Source of the DNA: Mobula hypostoma
Lineage: Eukaryota
Assembly: GCF_963921235.1 (NCBI RefSeq)
Contig: NC_086097.1
Span: 154,754,001-154,818,000, forward strand
Direction: 5' to 3'
DNA length: 64,000 nt
The position numbers and the translations under genes were made by a program. Every line of letters begins with the position of its first letter. Within the stretch, counting starts at the first letter, position 1. The notes below the pieces were generated by a model, which made no database searches, was not told where the DNA came from, and saw nothing but the letters and a program-made list of their open reading frames with translations. Below are positions 1 to 13,475 of this stretch, one piece after another.

Positions 1-134
1 AAATCAGCTATGATTTATATTATCGTCAGAACAGGCTTGAAATGCAAGATAGCTCACCATTCTTGCTTCTGTTCCTTACATTTTTTAACAGAACCATTCA
101 GTTTTGAGAATGGAATAAAACGAATGATACTCAC

Positions 135-206
135 ACGAGATCCTGGTAGCCCTAGAACTCCTGGAAACCCTGGATCTCCATTTGATCCTTTTGAACCCTT
201 TGGTCC
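135..206 (-). CDS. COL22A1: Collagen exon, 72 bp: GPKGSKGSNGDPGFPGVLGLPGSR
   Basis: tttag|GGA...CGT|gtgagt; perfect Gly-X-Y. Confidence 0.95.
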
Positions 207-1118
207 CTAAAATTCAAAATAATTTCTAATAATACAGTAATTTCTAATAATTTCTAATAATACTAGTTTAATCTCTAAAATAAGATAAAAGTAGATAAGT
301 CAATTAATCAGTACAAAATTCATGTTTTTGGCATAGACAAAGTACTTTATGAAGAGGGTTACTTAACACAAAAAAAATTTGTTTTATAACATGAATGAAA
401 AAAGGGCACAATTTTGAAATCTTGGCTCACTGCATGATTACAAAATGTTTGCTTTTAATTTTTCATATCTTTCTTCTCTTTTCTAAATAAGTTGTTTCTT
501 TCTAGCAGGTGTTGATGATGAAGTTATTACTGTTAAAGTTGACTCTATCCTCACCAAAACAAAATTAAAAGGTGTGTCTACTAGGAAGTCTGCACAGGAG
601 AGCCATTTGAATTTTCTGTCTCTGTTGTCCATGGACACTGCCATCAACAATGATAGTTTCATTAACATGACAGTTTGGTTCACAAAGCATAGATTAGAAA
701 CCAAACCTGTAGCACTCATGAAATAATCAAAAACTGAACATATTAAAATTAATGATACCAACGTTAAAAATAATTATACTAATAATGGATACTTATTAAT
801 GTCTAGTCTCCTAACATACAACCGTTCAATCTTTTGAATCATTCAGTCTTTTTGAGAAGTCTTTTTGTTTTTAATGGAACATTATAAGTTTCCGTGATCT
901 GATCACCAGTTGGTGAAGCTTAATCAAATAACGCATCCAATAAACAATACCCTTTGTAAAATACATGCATTCAAAACAAGCAGAATTCACTCTTCCATCC
1001 CTACAGAAAAATGCACATATTTATTTTCATCAACCATTCTCCCACCCCCCATCACTTCCCAAAACCCAACTGCACAATGCACATTTTTCTTCTATTTATT
1101 GTTAACTGTGGGACCTAC

Positions 1119-1172
1119 CGGTAGACCTGGTTCACCGGGCTTTCCTTCAGGTCCAGAAGGGCCAGGTTTACC
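1119..1172 (-). CDS. COL22A1: Collagen exon, 54 bp: GKPGPSGPEGKPGEPGLP
   Basis: ttacag|GGT...CCG|gtaggt; Gly-X-Y. Confidence 0.95.
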
Positions 1173-1193
1173 CTGTAAAGAATTACACACGTT

Positions 1194-3548
1194 ATTTCAA
1201 AGTTCAAAGTAAGTTTATTATCAACATACTGTACATATATGTCACCATACACAGTATAATCCTGAGATTCATCTCTTGTGGGTGTTCACAGTAGATACAA
1301 GAAACACAGTAGAATTAATGAAAGACCATATCCCACAAGACTGACGAACTCCTAATATGCAAAAGACAATAAACTTTGCAATAAAAAAGAGGGAAAAAAG
1401 AGAGAAAGACTAATAAACAAACAAACAAGCAAGCAAACAATAAATAATTAAATAAATAGATAAATAAGTGATAAATATGAGAACATGAGATGAATTGTCC
1501 TTGAAAGTGAGTCCATAGGTGTGAGAACAGTTCAGCGATGGGGTGAGTGAAGTTGATTGAAATTACCCCTTCTGGTCCGATAGCCTGATGGTTGAAGGGT
1601 AATAACTATTCCTGAACCTGGCGTTGTGCGTCCCAAGTCTCCTGTACTTCCTTTCTAATGGCAGCAGCAAGAAGAGAGCATGGCTCGGATGGTGGGGATC
1701 CCTGACGATGAATGCTGCTTTCCTGCAACAGTGCTCCTTGTAGATGTGCTCATTGATAAGGAGGGTTTTACCCATGATACACTGGGTTGTATCCACTACT
1801 TCTGTCGGCTTTTCCGTTCAAGGGCATTGTTGTTTCCACACCAGGCCATGATGCAACCAGTTAATATGCTCTCCACCACACATCTATAGAAGCTTGACAA
1901 AGTTTTAGATGTCATGTCAAGTCTTCACAAACTTCCAAAAAAGTAGAGGTTCTGTTGTGCTATGTTAATAAGGACACTTAAGTGCTGGACTCAGAACAGA
2001 TCCTCTGAAATGATAATACTGAAAAATTTGAAGTTGCTGACCCTCATTGCCTCTAATGACCTGCTGACGACTGGCTCATGGACCTTTGGTTTTCTTATTC
2101 TGAAGTCATTAATCAGCTCCTTGGTCTTGTTGCCATTGAGTGAGAGGGTGTTGTTGCGGCACTATTCAGTCAAATTTTTAGTCTCCCTCGTAGTGATTAG
2201 CACAATGCTTTACAGTACCAGCGAGCCAGGTTTATCTCCTACTCCTCCCTGTGACTGCGTAGGTTTCCTCCAGGTGCTCCAGTTTCCTCCCACAGTCCAA
2301 AAACGTACCAGTTGGTAGGTTAGTTGTGAATTGTAAATTGTCCCTGATTAGGTAGGATTAAATCTGAGTGTTAAAAGGCCTGAACAGATTAGATATGGCA
2401 AAGTTATTTCCCATGGTAGGGGAGTCTAGGACAAGAGGGCACCACTTCAGGATTGAGGGACATCCATTTAGAACAGAGTTGTGGAGAAATCACTTTAGTC
2501 AGAGGATGGTAAATCTGGGGAATTTATTGCCATGAGCAGCTGTGGAGGCCAAGTCATTGGATGCATTTAAGGCAGAGATATATAGGTTCTTGATTAGCCA
2601 GAGCATCAAAGGGTATGGGGAGAAGGCAGTGGTGTGGGGATGACTGGAAGAATTGAATCAGCCCATGATTGAATGGCGGAACAGACTTGATGGGCCAAAT
2701 GACCTACTTCTGCTCCTATATCTTATGGTCTTAAATTGAGGGGGTGCTGGGCTGCGTGGCTCAAAGGGCTGGAAGGGATGATTCTACACTGTATCTCAAT
2801 GAATGAATGAATAAATAAATAATAAATAAATTTGCCAATTCATCACCATATTTGATACAGCCAAAAACAGTGGTGTTATCAGCAAACTTGTATATGACAC
2901 TGGAATCGTGAATAGCCTCACTGTTTTAAGTATAAAGTGCATAGAGCAGAAGGCTAAGCACACAGCCTTGTGGTTCTCCTTTTCTGATGGTGATTGTGGA
3001 GGAGATATTGTTGCCAATCCTAACTGACTGTGGTCTACAAGTGAGGAATTTGAGGATCCAGTTGCAGAGGGAAGTATTGAGGCCTAGGACTTGAAGCTTA
3101 CTGATGAGTTTTAAGGGGATCATCATATTGAATGCAGAGCTGTAGTCAATGAATGTATGCAACTTCACTGTCCATATGTTCCAGGGTTGAGTGAAGAGCC
3201 AATGAAATCAGATCTGCTGTTGATCTATTGTGATGGTAGGCAAATTGCAGCAGATCTAAGTCACTGCTCAGATAAGTGTTGATTTCTTCATCACCAACCT
3301 GTCAAAGCACTTCATCATTGTACATGTATGTGCAACTGGATGATAGTCAGTGAGGCAGGTCACCAGGTTCTTTTTAGGCACCGGTATAATTGAAGCCTAC
3401 TTGAGACGGGTGGGTACCTCAACTCCTGAAGGTATTGATAAACATTCCAGCCTGTTGATTGACACAGGTCTCTAGTGCTCAGCCAGGTACCCTGTCTGGG
3501 CTGGATGCTTTCTGCGGGTTCACTCTCCTGCAGGATGCTCTCACGACA
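1194..3548 (-). mobile_element. Degraded Rex1/Babar-type LINE 3' part, interrupted by a SINE and a CR1 fragment
   Basis: ORF 1563-1796 (DPHHPSHALF...RFRNSYYPSTIRL) and ORF 2926-3168 (FIDYSSAFN...[17 protein letters not shown]). Confidence 0.75.
2188..2826 (+). mobile_element. HE1/V-SINE-like SINE split by a CR1 3' fragment (~2370-2733)
   Basis: gtttcctccaggtgctccagtttcctcccacagtccaaaa core and (aata)n tail; the inserted CR1 ends in tcttatggtctt. Confidence 0.65.
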
Positions 3549-5400
3549 CTTCTCACGCTCTTAAACTTTTCGATGGTTTTAAGTTCCCTGGCCCCCACTG
3601 CTTTATTTTCACCATGGATGTCCAGTCCTTATATACTTCCATCCCCCATCAGGAAGGTCTCAAAGCTCTACGCTTCTTTTTGGATTCCAGATCTAATTAG
3701 TTCCCCTCTACCACCACTCTGCTCCGTCTAGCGGAATTAGTCCTTACTCTTAATAAGTTCTCCTTTTGCTCCTCCCATTTCCTCCAAACTAAAGGTGTAG
3801 CTATGGGCACCCGTATGGGTCCTAGCTATGCCTGCCTTTTTGTTGAGTTTGTGGAACAATCTATGTTCCGTGCCTATTCTGGTATCTGTCCCCCACTTTT
3901 CCTTCGCTACATCGACGACTGCATTGGCGCTGCTTCCTGCACGCATGCAGAACTCGTTGACTTTATTAACTTTGCCTCCAACTTTCACCCTGCCCTCAAG
4001 TTTACCTGGTCCATTTCCGACACCTCCCTCCCCTTTCTAGATCTTTCTGTCTCTGTCTCTGGAGACAGCTTATCCACTGATGTCTACTATAAGCCTACTG
4101 ACTCTCACAGCTATCTGGACTATTCCTCTTCTCACCCTGTCTCTTGCAAAAACGCCATCCCCTTCTCGCAATTCCTCCGTCTCCGCCGCATCTGCTCTCA
4201 GGATGAGGCTTTTCATTCTAGGACGAGGGAGATGTCTTCATTTTTTAAAGAAAGGGGCTTCCCTTCCTCCACTATCAACTCTGCTCTTAAACGCATCTCC
4301 CCCATTTCACGTACATCTGCTCTCACTCCATCCTCCCACCACCCCACTAGGAATAGGGTTCCCCTGGTCCTCACCTACCACCCCACCAGCCTCCGGGTCC
4401 AACATATTATTCTCCGTAACTTCCGCCACCTCCAACGGGATCCCACCACGAAGCACATCTTTCCCTCCCCCCCCCTGCATTCCGCAGGGATTGCTCCCTA
4501 CACAACTCCCTTGTACATTCGTCCCCCCCATCCCTCCTCACTGATCTCCCTCCTGGCACTTATCCGTGTAAGCGGAACAAGTGCTACACATGCCCTTACA
4601 CTTCCTCCCTTACCACCATTCAGGGCCCCAAACAGTCCTTCCAGGTGAGGCATCACTTCACCTGTGAGTCGACTGGGGTGATATACTGCGTCCGGTGCTC
4701 CCGATGTGGCCTTTTATATATTGGTGAGACCCGACGCAGACTGGGAGACTGCTTTGCTGAACATCTACGCTCTGTCCGCCAGAGAAAGCAGGATCTCCCA
4801 GTGGCCACACATTTTAATTTCACATCCCATTCCCATTCTGACATGTCTATCCACGGCCTCCTCTACTGTAAAGATGAAGCCACACTCAGGTCGGAGGAAC
4901 AACACCTTATATTCCGTCTGGGTAGCCTCCAACCTGATGGCATGAACATTGACTTCTCTAACTTCCGCTAAGGCCCCACCTCCCCCTCGTACCCCATCTG
5001 TTACTCATTTTTATGCACACATTCTTTCTCTCACTCTCCTTTTTCTCCGTCTGTCCCTCTGAATATACCTCTTGCCCATCCTCTGGGTCACCCCCCCTCC
5101 TTGTCTTTCTTCCCGGACCTCCTGTCCCATGATCCTCTCGTATCCCCGTTTGCCTATCACCTGTCCAGCTCTCGGCTCTATCCCTCCCCCTCCTGTCTTC
5201 TCCTATCATTTTGCATCTCCCCCTCCCCCTCCAGCTTTCAAATCCCTTACTCACTCTTCCTTCAGTTAGTCCTGACGAAGGGTCTCAGCCTGAAACGTCG
5301 ACTGCGCCTCTTCCTATAGATGCTGCTTGGCCTGCTGCGTTCACCAGCAACTTTGATGTATGTTGCTTGAATTTCCAGCATCTGCAGAATTCCTGTTGTT
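3549..5400 (+). mobile_element. Penelope-like retroelement (RT plus GIY-YIG endonuclease), 5'-truncated, disrupted by a stop and a frameshift
   Basis: RT motifs FTMDVQSLYTSIP, MGTRMGPSYACLF and YIDD (3803-4648); VIYCVRCSRCGLLYIGET GIY-YIG (4645-4971); hammerhead motif in the 3' pLTR. Confidence 0.92.
5268..5303 (+). ncRNA. Minimal type I hammerhead ribozyme of the Penelope pLTR
   Basis: AGTC-CTGACGA-(AGG..CCT stem II)-GAAAC-GTC-GACT; intact catalytic boxes, palindromic minimal stem III. Confidence 0.8.
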
Positions 5401-5839
5401 AGCTTGGATGTAATGATCTGAGTGGTGTTTTCCCATGCTGCAGGTCTGAAGCTGACTGTATAGGTCGGTTCAGATAGCTGCATCACAGGGAGAGTTCCTT
5501 TAGTTATTGTTTCGAATTGCCTATAGTTGACACACTGAGCTCAAGAGTCTGGAAGCTCTGTTGCAGCTTTATAAACTCCAGTTAGGCTGCATCTGGAGTA
5601 TTGCATCCATTATAGGAAGGTTGGGTAGTTTTCTCCGGAGTGGCAGAGACTAAGAGAAGTTAATAAAAGTAAAAATAAGTTATAGATGGAGGAGACATCT
5701 GGTATCCTTTTCCAGGGGCTGAAACATCTAATACTACTGGGCATTCACTTAAGGTGAGAGGAGGCAATTAAAAAGGAAATGTGCAGAGGCAGTTTATTGA
5801 GGCTTTAAGCAACAGGTAATGGTAGTGTTTATATCTTAC

Positions 5840-5893
5840 CTGATCACCTCTCAAACCAGGAGGACCTTGAGATCCCATAGGTCCTTGTTCTCC
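5840..5893 (-). CDS. COL22A1: Collagen exon, 54 bp: GEQGPMGSQGPPGLRGDQ
   Basis: ttttag|GGA...CAG|gtaaga; Gly-X-Y. Confidence 0.95.
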
Positions 5894-7553
5894 CTAAAAA
5901 GATAAACAGTGCTCCATTGTAAAATACATACTTTCAAAACAAACAGAATTTTATAAAGACATCAGTTAAAAGGAAAAAAATATATATTTATTGAAATAAC
6001 ACTTTAAATTGGCATTCTGTGAATCAGGCATCCTGACTGCTGTAGATTCTTAAGAAAAACTTGCAGACTTTGACTTCATTGGATGACACTGGTGCTGTAA
6101 TGAATTGCAAAGAACAATGACACCAGACCAAGACCGATCTATTGTGGTACTGTAGTAACTTGACTCATTGATTGTGATCATTCTTCTGCCTAAAAGATGA
6201 ACTTGGACGTCAAGGATTTGCATGTACTCATACCAGTTACTGGCATAGGAATTACTAACCTCCCCCTCCCCCACAAAAAAACAAACATGGATTCTAAGTT
6301 ACAGTATTAGAAGTTCACATCTTTATTCTATTTCAGATATTCTTACCCAAACTTCCTTAAATCTTTGATCAAAACTACTGATGGATATTTGTTTCCCTTC
6401 TCTGGCTTTTGCTAACCTGGGGTCAAGATGATTGATTAATATCCAACAAATACCTTTCTGCCTGATACAAGACAAAATAAAGTCACAGGACATCTCGAAG
6501 TGTTTAGGAGACAGGTGATGTATCAGCAGTTGCTGGAGTAACGGCACGTTATTAAATGACTGTAGGAGTACAGAAGGCTACAGAGACAGGGTTAAGCTTT
6601 CCGTGGTAAACATTCCACAGGGTTAACAACATCTTTGTGTCAAGAAAAAATACTTTCTTGTATCACTCTTAAATGTCTTATCCAATATCCCAAGACACTG
6701 ACACCTGGTTCAAAACCCTCAGTGTGGGAAACAACCTCCCTGCATCCAGAGAGGCACTATTAGAAGTTTGTATGTTTCACTGAGTTTTCTTATTCTAAAC
6801 CCTAATGAATATATACTCAGTCTATTTTCGTAGAACTGTTTATTCTACGTAATGATGAGAGTCCAGAGATCTGTTTGTTTGTTTGCTACTTTTTCATGTT
6901 ACCCAACTTAAATTGAGCTTTTGTGCGAGTTAGATGAATCTTCTGCTTTACAAGTGATTTCTATGTTACAGCTGTTTGAGTTATGGAAATTAGCTTTTGC
7001 AATCAATACACAAAAATCTTAATTATGGAATAATATTTGCTGCAGTTGAATTTGTCTGAGAAAAAAGTAAACTGCGAAAGACACAGATTGTGTCTATATT
7101 TTTAAACTTGCATTTCTTGATGCATGTGAAGTTGGAGTTTTTCAATGAGATATGTTCATTTAGCAATCTGTTTCTATTTATCAAATAAACAGGCTGCAGG
7201 CCAAATCTCTAGCTAAAGTTCTGACAAACTTTTAACTTCGAATCAATTACTAATTGTCTTCTTTGGTGGCCATGCATTTCCATCACTAGAGGTCCATCCT
7301 TCATTATAAAATTTGTTAGTTTGCGTGAAGTAATATGTTCATAATTTTGAAAAATGGAATTTATAAGACAAATGCTAATGTATGATTACATTATGTCTTG
7401 TAACACAAAGGAAAATAATTAACACTGTAGGTAAAATAGAGCACATGGAATGAGGCCAAATTCTCAAAAGGCTATGATGTTTCATGTGTGATATATAAAT
7501 ATATATTTAATTAAATTAAAGAAAACTCTAGTTTTGTTTGATTGAACACTTAC

Positions 7554-7607
7554 ATCCTTTCCAGGTATACCTGGTGGACCTGGTGGCCCGGCCATCCCGG
7601 TTTCCCC
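7554..7607 (-). CDS. COL22A1: Collagen exon, 54 bp: GETGMAGPPGPPGIPGKD
   Basis: tggcag|GGG...GAT|gtaagt; Gly-X-Y. Confidence 0.95.
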
Positions 7608-8658
7608 CTGCCAGAAAAGAAAATTACTTTTAAAGGACTTCTTCACCACCTTATAATTTCTGAACTTAGTATGACAACATTTTGGCTCAGGAAGGTTTAT
7701 TTTTTTATCTGGACAGATGTCTTTTCACATCTTGAAACAAAACAGGCTCTACATCAGAAATATTAGAATCAATGGCAATTAATAAAAAAAAGAATTGCTA
7801 GAACTGATTTGGTATTGAACATATTTTCCCAAGACTCCCAACAACAATAGAGTGGCAGAAAGGGTCTTACCAAGTAAAAAAGGTCAATGTCTTGTTTAAG
7901 TCTATATGCTTAGGCAAAGCACTACACATTGAAACAATGCCAGAAAGCCAATACAAGGGAAAAAAATCATTTTAAATACTCATAGTGCACTTTCTCACCT
8001 GCTTCTCCATTGCAAATAGATACTTACTGTTGTTATCACATTTAATACATCTGGCATGCCATGCTTCCCTCTATCAGAATTCTTATTCGTTTATTTGGAA
8101 AACCGTATTAGATCAGACACTTTAGTTGTTCACAAAGGCAGAATTTCTTTCTTTAAATCATTACTTCAGTGTTAAGCATGATTGCCTTAATATTGAAACT
8201 TGTAAAATTTCAATGATAATTGCCAAACAAGTAACTTCCTATGCACAGTTATTCTTTTAAATTTACTAACTATACATAAGCCATCTTTAAAAAAGGTCTT
8301 TAAACACTAATATCTTTGCCTCTGATGTTGTTTTTTCTTCTGAGTACCTCCACTGCTTTCTGTTTTTAGGTCAGATTGCCACCATCTGCTGTATGATGAA
8401 TTTATCAAAATCTTTTAATTAATTATTATTCTTCCCACTAGCCTGAGGAATGCTATAAACCAAGTTAAATAATATTTAGTCTTTTCTGGATGAGCAAGAA
8501 AATGAACGTTGGGTAAAATTTACATTGCGGGAATACTAACTCCATCTAAAGTGCATGGGCATCTGAGTGTGATACAGGACTTTTTACATCAGTAATATGC
8601 ACAGTTTTTCCTGATTTTCCATATTTCAGCCTTCGGGTTTTATGTTTCCAGTACTTAC

Positions 8659-8703
8659 TCTCGGACCAATCAAACCATCTGCACCCCTCTGGCCTTTAAA
8701 ACC
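8659..8703 (-). CDS. COL22A1: Collagen exon, 45 bp: GFKGQRGADGLIGPR
   Basis: acacag|GGT...AGA|gtaagt; resembles recalled human GFKGHTGDSGAPGPR. Confidence 0.95.
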
Positions 8704-8974
8704 CTGTGTAAAAGAAATTTTGAAGTAATGGGTCAGATAGTTATTTGTGACAGTCCAAACTTGCACTTCAAAATAAGGCCCTTTAAAAATTTACTTGTCT
8801 TCTTTGTGACGCAATAAGGGTGGTCTCTAAGAATATTTTGGTGTTTCATATGTTCGGAATCTTTATATTTAAGGAGGCAGCAAATATGATTGAGTTCAGT
8901 CATCATCCAGTCCCTGTATTTCAGGGTGTACTTGGATTGCTGAAGGAGAAAGTCTCAGTTGTGGGACGGAGGTG

Positions 8975-9330
8975 GGGAGGGTGGCATAGTAACGTAGCAG
9001 TCAGCATAACACTTTATAGTGCCGGTAATTGGGGTTCAATTCCTGCTACTGTCTGTTTACATGTTTACCCACGCTCCCAACCCCACTCCCCTGCCCACCC
9101 TCCCCCCAACCCCACCTGTGACCATGCAGATTTCCTCCAGGTGCTCGTGTGTCCTCCAATGTTCAAGAAAGATGTAGGGGTTAAGGTTAGTAAATTGTGA
9201 GCATGCTACATTGGCTCCAGAGGCACGGTGACACGTGCAGGCTGCCCCAGCACATAGTCAGACTGATTTAGTTATTGACGCAAACGGTGTTTTTCACTGT
9301 ATGTTCATGTGACAAATAAAGCTAATCTCA
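8975..9330 (+). mobile_element. tRNA-derived SINE (HE1/V-SINE-like)
   Basis: A-box-like ggtggcatagtaacgtagc, B-box-like ggttcaattcc, V-domain-like ttcctccaggtgctc, LINE-like tail gacaaataaagctaatct. Confidence 0.65.
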
Positions 9331-9503
9331 TTTTACCTTATCTTATCATCTCGCAATTGGAATACGCTTTAAATGCATATGCCTGGCCAAATTAAAGCAC
9401 AATATCTGAAATGAATTCAGATGAGTCCTCAATATAAAAAATTAGTACCTTGGATCTCATACACTGCAGGCGTAGGAGTTAATATTAACAATTCAGTACT
9501 TAC

Positions 9504-9557
9504 TGGGATTCCGCGGAGTCCATTCCTGCCAGGAGGTCCAGGGATACCTGGCCTCCC
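9504..9557 (-). CDS. COL22A1: Collagen exon, 54 bp: GRPGIPGPPGRNGLRGIP
   Basis: ttttag|GGG...CCA|gtaagt. Confidence 0.95.
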
Positions 9558-9832
9558 CTAAAACATTAAAGCAGAGACTGTTGAATAATGGTTTTCCATG
9601 ACATAAAATGTTTTTAAACATTCCTTGTTGATATTAACATTACATAAAACAATGTTTAATGCCAAACATATACAATTTCTATTTCTGAATTTTTAAAAGG
9701 ATGTTACCCACGATCTGAACTCTTTTATGATGGATTGTATATAAATTGCTTTATTTCCCCATTAGGAAGATTGGAATTTTACATTTGTAATTTGGACCTG
9801 GATGTTGTGAGATAAAAGTCTTAGCTTCTTAC

Positions 9833-9886
9833 CGGCTCTCCAGCACGTCCAGGTTTACCATCTTTTCCATTTTTTCCTGGAAGTCC
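9833..9886 (-). CDS. COL22A1: Collagen exon, 54 bp: GLPGKNGKDGKPGRAGEP
   Basis: attcag|GGA...CCG|gtaaga. Confidence 0.95.
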
Positions 9887-9949
9887 CTGAATATCATACA
9901 AAGAACAATCTTTATTTCTGTCTAGAGCAGTTTCCAAAGTATTCCAAAT

Positions 9950-11126
9950 TTTCAGAAGACATTTGATAAAGTGCCACACATGAGGCTGCTTAACAAGATG
10001 AAATCGTATTGTGTTACAGGAAAGATACTAACATAGAAAATGAAATGATTGACAGGCAGGAGGCAGTAAGTGGGAATAAAAGGGGCCTTTTCTGGTTGGT
10101 TGCCAGTGACTAACGGTGTTCCTTAGGGGTTAGTATTGGGACCGCTGCTTTTCACATTGTTTGTCGATGATTTAAATAATGAAATTGATGATTTTGTGGC
10201 AAAGTTTCTGGATGATACGAAGATAGGAGATGGGGTAGGTAGTGCTGAGGAAGCAATACGATTGCAGCAGGATTTAGACAAATTGGAAGAATGGGCAAAA
10301 AAAGTGGCAGATTGAATAGAGTGTTGGGAAATGTATGACAATGTATTTTGGTAAAAAGAACAATAGTGCAGACTATTATCTAAATGGGGAGAAAATTCAA
10401 ACATCAGAGGTGTAGAAGGATTTAGGAGTCCTCGTGCAAGACTCTCAGAAGGCTAATTTACAGGTTGAGTCTCTGTTAAAGAAAGCAAATGCAATGTTGG
10501 CATTCATTTCAAGGGGGAATAGAATATAAAAGCAAGGAGATAATGCTGATTCTTCATAAGATACTCGTTATGCCACATTTGAAGTATTGTCAATGGTTTT
10601 GGGCCCCATATCTCAGAAAGAATGTTTTGTCATTGGAGAGAGTCTGGCAAAGGTTCACGAGGATGATTCCGGGAATGAATGGATTAATATACGAGAAGAT
10701 CTTGACAGCTTTGGGCCTCACTAGAATTTAGAAGAATGTGAGGGGGTGAGGGAGGATCTCATTGAAACCTTGCGAATATTGAAAGAACTAGACAGAGTGG
10801 ATGTAGAGAGGATGTATCATACCATAGGGTGGTATCCAGAACCAGAGGGCGTAGCCTCAAAATTGAGGGGCAACCTTTTGGAACAGAAATAAGGAAGCAT
10901 TTTTTCAGTCTATGGAATGCTCGGCACAGACTGCAGTAGAGGCCAAGTCCATGGGTATATTTAAGGCAGAAGTTGATCGTTTCCTGATCAGTCAGGGCAT
11001 CAAAAGATATGGCGAGAAGGCAGGTGTATGGGGTTGAGTGGGATCTGGGATCAGCCATGATGGAATGGTGGAGCAGACTTGATGGGCTGAATAGCCTAAT
11101 TCTTCTCCTATGTCGTATGGTCTTAT
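9950..11126 (+). mobile_element. CR1 LINE 3' fragment (degraded RT)
   Basis: FQKxFDKVPHMRLL and KFLDDTKIG remnants; 3' end cctatgtcgtatggtcttat. Confidence 0.85.
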
Positions 11127-11837
11127 CCTGAATAGCCCTAGTGTACTAATTCCTAATTGGGTATCACTGCATAGGGATTCACTATAAAGAAATTACACAA
11201 GGATTTTATTCCACACACCAGGCCTCACAAAGTTAGTAGAGTTTGTTAGAGATGAATGGGAAAACAAGGCTCATCTAGGAGGAGATAAATGGAAAGCTTT
11301 GTAGTAGGAAATGGAAGAGTAGTTGCTGAGAATGGAGTCAAATAGAGGGAGGTTAGATTTAAGCAAAGTCTACTTTAAAGCAGTCCATTGTGAGTGAGGA
11401 CAACTTCCCTCCCCTGAAGGTTCTAAGTGGCTAATTAGGCCAATGTGCAATTACAAACTCTGTCACAGGTGCATTCAGATCTGCTTGATGGGTTGAGCAG
11501 GTAAGGTGCTGACCTCATTCTGCTCTTCACTGGGATTTCATGTACACCCGATGAAGGGTCTGAGGTGCCCCTTCTCCACTTTAATCAGCCACACATTGGC
11601 GATTCCGATGTTAGAGAGAATGTTACATTCTTTCCAAGGATGTGTTGAGAACACCTTTGAGCAGAGAGTGGGGCAGTATGGAGAAACCTTAGTCCTTGCA
11701 CATAAAACAGGTACCCAGTTCTTTCATCTTGTATGCACCAGAGCAAACTGATCACATTACAGTGGTACAGGGGGCTTGTCAAGTTGGGGCAGAAAAGGAA
11801 TGCAGTGGGATGATATATTTAGGTGAATACACACAGT

Positions 11838-12120
11838 AATACACACTTGGTGGCCACTTTATGAACTACAGGAATGGAACCTAGAATCAGAATCACTGGC
11901 ATATGATGTGAAATTTGTGAGTAGTTTGGTTTTCGGCTCAATAGCCCATTTGCTTCAAGGTTCAGTATGTTGTGCATTCAGAGATGCTTTTCTGCACCCC
12001 ATTGTTATAATGCATGATTATTTGAGTTAATGTCAGCTTGTACCAGTCTGATCATTCTCCTCTGACCTCTCTCATTAACAAGGCTTTTTCATCCACAAAG
12101 CTGCCAGTCACTGGATGTTA
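11838..12120. mobile_element. Tc1/mariner-like remnant
   Basis: TIR-like acacttggtggccactttat and internal sequence recalled from fish Tc1-like elements; degraded. Confidence 0.45.
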
Positions 12121-12194
12121 GTAGAATCATCCCAGCACTCCCTTGAATCCAAGCATGTCCTTACTTAAGTAATGCCACCAAACACATACACAGC

Positions 12195-12942
12195 ATCACA
12201 CACAAAATATAGGAGGCCATAGATGGACATATCGGAATGGGAATGGGAAGTGGAAGTTAAATGAGTGGCCACTGGGAGATCCCGCTTGTTCTGGCAGATG
12301 GAGTGTAGAAACCTGGCGGTGGTCTCCCAATCTACATCCGGTCTCACCGATACACAGAAGGCCATACCGGGAACACCGAAGACAGTAAATGACCACAACA
12401 GACTCACGGGTGAAGTGTCGCCTCACCTGGAAGGACTGTTTAGGGCCCTGAATGGTAGTGAGGAGGATGTGCAAGGGCAAATGTCCACTGGCATGATAAG
12501 GCCACACTTATATTCCATTTGGGTAGCCTCCGACCTGATGGCATGAACATTGATTGCACAAACTTCTGGTAATACCTCCCAACACCCCCTCCCCACTTCA
12601 CCATTTCCCATCCACTTTTCCCTTTCTCACCTTATCTCCTTGCCTGCCCTTCGCCTTCCTCTGCTGCTCTCCCAAGGCCTTCTGTCGCTTTCACTAATCA
12701 ACTTCCCAGCACTTTACTTCATCCCTCCCCCTCCAGGTTTCACCTACCGTTTGGTGTTTCTCTCTCCCTTGCCCCCACCCTTTAAATCTACTCAGCTTTT
12801 TTCTTCAGTCCTGCCAAAGGGTTTCAGCCTGAAATGTTGACTGTTCCCTTTTCCATAGATGCTGCCTGGCCTGCTGAGTTCCTCCAGCATTTTGTGTGTG
12901 TTGCTCAGATTTCCAACATCTGCAGATTTTCTCTTGTTTGTG
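12195..12942. mobile_element. Penelope-like fragment with internal inversion (GIY-YIG on minus ~12195-12480; 3' end on plus)
   Basis: VIYCLRCSRYGLLCIGETG on minus; degenerate hammerhead at ~12808-12842 on plus. Confidence 0.75.
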
Positions 12943-13297
12943 TACACAGCATTTCGTCTTAAGTACATAATGGAATACCTTGGGATATCATAGTTTAATA
13001 TCACATGCTGTTCTGGAAGATATTTTCTTGAGATTCCACCAGTATTGAATCAGGTTTAATATCACCAGCATATGTTGTGAAAATTGTTAAGTATTGGTAC
13101 TTTCTTAGAGTTGTTCCCGCTCGTCCGTCACAGCACTACCGGAAATGTAATTGAAATACCATATAAATAGATTTCTTTGAAACATGGTGAAAATTATGTT
13201 GTAACAGTGTGAAATCCTTGTCCATTATGTGCTACTCAGCAATTCTAATTTTTTATATATGTAATGTTGGAATGAAACAAAACAGAATGTAGAACTA

Positions 13298-13469
13298 CGC
13301 AAACACGAGGAAATCTGCAGATGCTGGAAATTCAAGCAACACACGCAAAAAATGCTGGTGGAACGCAGCAGGCCAGGCTTTCGTTTTGGGCTTTGGGTCT
13401 GGCCTGAAATGTCGACTGTACCCCTTCCTGTAGATGCTGCCTGGCCTGCTGCATTCACCAGCATTTTTG
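13298..13469. mobile_element. Short inverted pair of Penelope pLTR ends with a 14-bp TSD
   Basis: Flanks agaatgtagaacta (13284-13297) and agaatatagaacta (13470-13483). Confidence 0.75.
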
Positions 13470-13475
13470 AGAATA

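Noticed and set aside
10..210. Plus-strand Pro/Gly-rich ORFs (10-210, 910-1212, 23486-23797 and similar)
   Set aside because: Antisense shadows of minus-strand collagen exons; the splice signals lie on the minus strand only.
3803..4971. RT plus GIY-YIG pair as a novel retron-like or defence system, or a domesticated gene
   Set aside because: Standard Penelope-like element architecture; truncated, frameshifted and multi-copy within the window.
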